A program made the translations under genes and the position numbers. A model generated the notes under the pieces. The model made no database searches. It had not been told where the DNA came from and was given only the letters and a program-made list of their open reading frames with translations. Shown here one piece after another: positions 59,901 to 64,000 of a DNA stretch of 64,000 bases (position 1 is the first letter of the stretch; every line of letters starts with the position of its first letter). This DNA is from Tubulanus polymorphus (Eukaryota; Animalia; Nemertea), in the NCBI RefSeq assembly GCF_964204645.1, contig NC_134030.1, positions 21,412,210-21,476,209 on the forward strand, in the 5' to 3' direction.

Positions 59901-62900
59901 AACAAGTCGTTTTTGCGGCGACGCGATCTTCTTGAAAGGTGAAGGTTGTTCGACGATTGTCTCCTTGCGTTCGAGCCATTGTGCGTACGTGTGGTCGTCG
60001 CTAGGGGGCAGCACTGCATTTGGTAGCATTCCCCTGCAATGAATAAATCAATAATTCATACTGATTTCGACAAAAGTTTTCATGAAAATAGATGCCGATA
60101 AATGCGCGATATTTGAACATACTTTGGTAAATTGCGATTGTTGTGCCACAGATGACAAGCTTTCACGTCGTACCACGGAAAGATTCTCTCCATTTCCTAC
60201 AAAATTAATGATATATTCTACCAAGATTTTTCGATTTTCAAGACAGATTGCTAAACAAGAGTCACACAGAGATTGACCAGAGGAGTGAAATCCTTATCTG
60301 GCTAGAGGCTAAAATATAGAAGAACTGACAACTCCGACAGTATAACCCTGATTTCCCAAATATTTCCCCATCTAGACAACTAAGATCTACAGCCATTTTT
60401 GGGTATTTAAGGAATTTAATGACGTGTAGGAACCCTGATTTCGCAAATATTTCCTGGATTACAGGGAAATCTATCTAATATATTGTTTTGAAATTCGTAA
60501 GTTTTTCGGGAAGCCCAGAGGAGAGCCAGGTCTCGGACGGCTTACCTTAATGAACACCATTCTAATGGACGTATTCGCCTTGCGTCTCATGACCGGCAAC
60601 TCTTCGTTGAACTCGAACGCCATCTGGATCAAACGCACGAAATCGTTGCAGAAATTCTCCTGTCGAAAATAGAAAGATAATCATAGAAATTTGTTTCAAT
60701 GAAAACGCTTTTGTTTCAGCGAGGAAAGTTAAACACTTGTAAAATCGTCCCAGTCAAACCACCAAGTCACTATTAGATTATTTACAATGTTTAAAAGCCT
60801 AGAGCCGAGAATTAAGTGTAAAAGTTGCCTTGAATCTTCAGACTGCCTTCAAGTTGCTAGATTCAAGTTGCTAGATTAATATTGGAATTGATATGGTCTT
60901 GGACTCTAAGCCGTGACTGGCTCCAGGAAGTTGCGCAGTCCTGACTTACATTCACAAGCGGTCTTAAATCGTAAGACTGGTCTTAAGTTGTCAGATTGGC
61001 TATAGAACTAAGTTGGACTTAGACTGGTCTTATGTCGAAGCCATGACTATGCAACCGGCCCCAGGAACTGAGTTGCGCAGTCGTGACTTAAGTCCAAAAG
61101 GGTCTTATATCTCACAACTGGACTTTTAAGATGTTAGATTAGGCTGAGAACTAAGATGGTTTTTAAATTAGGTTTTAAATGTGGAAACGACAAATTACAA
61201 AATTGTTGTAGATAAAAGTAGAATATGACTTACAACAGGCTCTCGTTCAAAAGTGTTCTTAAATCTTGTTAGATTAGGTTTAGGTTGTTTTATAGATAAA
61301 TGTAGAATATGACTTACGACTGATGTGTAGTAATTCTGTTCAACTCTGTCTCTGATTGTGTATAGATCTCTCGCGCCGAGGTCGTCTGCTGCCAGCGTCT
61401 CGCGAGCAGACGCCGCGACGTATTCACGTTTTAAATCATTCACGACCTTCGATTGTAGCACTAGACGGTCGACCGCAGGAGCAGGAGCTACAGTACTAAC
61501 ACCACTAGCAGCAGTTGTAGGAGCAAGGCTTGATGATTGCGCGGAGAATGCGGCTCCTTCACTGGCGAGTGAGGTCGACGATACGGACGGAAAAGCGTCT
61601 GCCGCTGATGACGCACCGGTTCCTTCACTGGCGAGTGAGTTCGTTACTCCTCCGGCAAGCGAGGTCCCGACTACGGATGGAATGGTTTTTACACTGGCGA
61701 GTAAGGCTTCTCCAACAGACGGATCAGCGAGTGAGTTCGTTTCTCCACTGGCGAGTGAGGTTTCTACCCCAGACGGATCGTTTCCTGCCCTGGCAAGTGA
61801 GTTCATTCCTGCCCTGGCAAGTGAGGTTCCTACCTCAGACGGATTGTTTCCTGCTGTGGCGAGTGAGTTGGTTCCTTCACCGGCCACTGAGGCTTCTCCG
61901 TCTGCAGACGGATCGGTGTTTCCTGCCCTGGCAAGTGAGTTCATTCCTGCACCGGCAAGTGAGGTTCCTACCTCAGACGGATTGTTTCCTGCTGTGGCGA
62001 GTGAGTTGGTTCCGTCACCGGCGACTGAGGTTTCTCCGTCTGCAGACGGATCGGTGTTTCCTGCCCTGGCGAGTGAGTCGTCCATTTTTTCGGGATCGGT
62101 CACCAGCACGACGACCGTATTCTCGTCGAGGTCGACCGGACGCCCATCCTCGTCCACGCACAATATCTCCAAACCATCGGCGTCGACGACTGAACTTATC
62201 TCTAACTTATCACACGAATTCGCATCATCTTTAAGTTTATTTTTGTACGGTTTATCAGCATCATCTGCCGGATCAATCACAAGTTTATCGATATTACCAT
62301 CAAGTTTATCGTCACATTTATCGGTATTATCCGCAGGTTTATCAGCCGGAGTCTTATCATTCGCGACGTTATCGTCCAAAGTTTTCATATCACTTATCAT
62401 CTTATCACTAGAACTAGTATCATCGCTTATCATTTTATGAGGCGAGCTGCTTATCCGAGGATTAACTACAAGCGCGGAACTATCTGTCGATTGTCTCGAC
62501 GGGTTACTCCAGCTGGAGTCTTCCTCTCTGCTGGAGTCACGGCGCGTGGAGTCATCACCCGGACGGGAGTCTGTTCGGTTGGAGTCCGGCCGACCGAAGT
62601 CCGTCCGATTAGAGGTGATCTGACTGGAGTTGGACCGACTGGAACCACTCCAGACGGAGTCACCCGGATTGGTATCACTCTTGATGGAGTCACCCTGACA
62701 CGAATCCACCTGATTGGAGTCACCCGGATTGGAGTCGCAGGATTCCATACAAACGCAGTCCATTTTCGAACACGTTTCGCGATTCCGAACAATTTGATTG
62801 TCGTCGTCGTCGATCGTTAATAAACTCGATTCTTTTCGATTCATCGTCGAATCGTCGTTGATCGCTCGTGCGATCTCGTCGCCGGTGACGAGGCGATTGC

Positions 62901-64000
62901 GCAATCGACGGCCGCGCGAATCCGGCGGCAAAATCTGTTCGAATATATTCCAGTGAACGGGTTTATCAAACACAGCGCCGGCTGTGGCACATTTCTTCGC
63001 GTCGCCAACAGGCGGAGCCACTATCGGTGCGACCTGCGTATTCTCGATATTCGCGGTTCCTTTTTCGACGGGTGATTTTTCGATATTTTCCGTTGTTATC
63101 GTCCGGTGTTTCTGGTGTTGGCACGGCGACACGGCATCCCGATCAGCCGATTGTTGTTGTGGTTTTGAGATGCATTTCGTCGTTGATGATTTTTTGATTT
63201 TCTTGTAACGATCGACCTCCTGAAAATCGACGCAGAAAAAAAATTACTGGGTGTTAATTTACTAATACATCTTACATCAATACACCGCATCATGGAGTAC
63301 AGGATATAGGGTTTTTTCTAATAGGTCGTACATCAATACACCACACTGCGGAGGAAAGGAAATAGGGTTTTTACTAATAGATCATACATCAATACACTGC
63401 ACCGCAGAGTACTGGCAATAGGGTTTTTACTAATACATCATACATTGATACACCGCATCGCAGAGTACTGGCAATAGGGTTTTTACTAATAGATCGTACC
63501 TCAATACACCGCACCGCGGAGTACAGGAAATAGAGTTTTTCCATAATAGAAGCTTTATCAAGGTGGCCACTTTCCGCCCATTCACAAATCCCCCGAGTTT
63601 TCCCTGATTTTTCCACGTGATTACACGAAATTCCCGCCGAGTGAATGAGAGAAATTTCTAGGTTTAAAATGTTACAATTCATTCATTTTCCAGTGAATCA
63701 CGTATCGATAAAGAAACACGTTGTGAAAAGCATTATCCGACAAATGACGTTTCTTTATTAATACGCGACGTTACGAATTCCTTGAGTTTTCTCTGATTTC
63801 TTCTAGATTTTTCTGATTCCCTTTTTTCCTGATTTTCCAGGTTCAGTGGCAAAGAAAATTAATGAAGGCTCCCTGCGGATAATAAACCGCGCCGAAACCG
63901 TTAAAATTGAGCTCACCTTCAAAAATTCCTCGTACTTGTGCAAATGTTGAGCCGTCTTGAAACTGAGCACGGAATCCAAGACGATTTTCAAACCGATTTC
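41964..64000 (-). CDS. trx: Trithorax / KMT2A-B-like histone H3K4 methyltransferase, 3' 19 exons (~3060 aa; N-terminus outside the window). Exons: 63917->64000, 61318-63219, 60546-60659, 60123-60196, 59894-60033, 59403-59512, 58951-59088, 57952-58110, 56146-56266, 55647-55725, 49218-54433, 48467-48742, 47411-47544, 46220-46377, 45743-45826, 44272-44401, 43384-43479, 42729-42796, 41964-42069
   Basis: Bromo ([45 protein letters not shown]), ePHD ([35 protein letters not shown]), FYRN ([11 protein letters not shown]), FYRC ([18 protein letters not shown]), [14 protein letters not shown] ([26 protein letters not shown]) and post-SET ([13 protein letters not shown]). All junctions are GT-AG with consistent phase. 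Confidence 0.97.
43510..43846. repeat. 33-bp intronic minisatellite x10
   Basis: acacctcaaaccgtctgcacattccggcctatt in tandem. Confidence 0.95.
44497..45160. repeat. Tc1/mariner (pogo/Tigger-like) MITE whose right end is amplified as a 71-bp tandem x8
   Basis: Left end cggaacctcgttt at ~44498; the unit ends in aacgaggttccgctg|TA. Confidence 0.75.
46395..47255. repeat. 41-bp intronic minisatellite, ~20 copies
   Basis: atagatatgtccacaaatcWccctatgacatcatctcttYa in tandem. Confidence 0.95.
47690..48215. repeat. MITE-derived higher-order tandem (~41-bp x3 period)
   Basis: ttggttctata..caatcta.caacttaagaccag matches the interior of the 2062-2199 MITE. Confidence 0.8.
49218..54433 (-). CDS. trx: Trithorax giant exon (5216 nt): end of FYRN plus low-complexity FYRN-FYRC linker
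   Basis: 1737-aa ORF bounded by an acceptor at 54434-54435 and a GTGAGT donor at 49217. Confidence 0.95.
55790..56105. repeat. ~76-bp tandem repeat with dispersed copies at ~24385-24500 and ~38400-38495
   Basis: cctactgcacactagtgacacctggtggatcc..gccacaagtggaatcctctattgc. Confidence 0.85.
57055..57400. repeat. ~62-bp tandem repeat containing CCAAT and (CCCTAA)-like hexamers
   Basis: tgtgacatcagaaccctagccagccaatcacagctaaccctaaccctaggtcacctgaccagc occurs ~5 times. Confidence 0.9.
58192..58870. repeat. 109-bp intronic tandem repeat x6
   Basis: gtccacacttcacatgtgttcagtgcttcacctgagacattt.. in tandem. Confidence 0.95.
61318..63219 (-). CDS. trx: Trithorax 1902-nt exon lying inside the bromodomain
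   Basis: Open frame with an acceptor at 63220-63221 and a GTAAGT donor at 61317; it ends in the bromodomain motif DL..I...V....YTSV. Confidence 0.9.
63260..63540. repeat. ~55-bp tandem repeat (caatacaccgcactgcggagtac..atagggtttt)
   Basis: About 5 tandem copies; the core acaccgcactgcgg is shared with the piggyBac-type MITE. Confidence 0.75.

Overview
This is eukaryotic animal genomic DNA, probably from a spiralian-type invertebrate, rich in introns and repeats. All exon models were read by eye. Host genes: the start of an unidentified minus-strand gene at the left edge; an intronless CXorf65/C22orf15-like gene (1420-1920, -); a complete 5-exon NAA50 (23245-26061, +); a frameshifted beta-propeller-like fragment (~29.0-29.65 kb); a complete 4-exon secreted, non-canonical C-type lectin (31855-34378, +); and the 3' 19 exons (~3060 aa) of a trithorax/KMT2A-B H3K4 methyltransferase (41964->64000, -). 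The 4.7-19.7 kb region is a non-coding inverted-plus-tandem duplication that has accumulated transposons. These include a full-length but inactivated ~6.0-kb DIRS1-type tyrosine-recombinase retrotransposon with its ITRs, ICR and a reconstructable empty site, CORE-like tRNA SINEs and several MITEs. The most notable observations are a 4x array of ~190-nt hairpins interleaved with B-box repeats (34.9-37.2 kb), a palindromic element with two outward-facing tRNA-like promoters (38.06-38.37 kb), Penelope-type hammerhead ribozyme motifs, an in-frame gag-TGA-YR arrangement with ~1.9 kb of dual coding in the DIRS element, and several oddities in the trithorax protein. No prokaryotic system or CRISPR array is supported.
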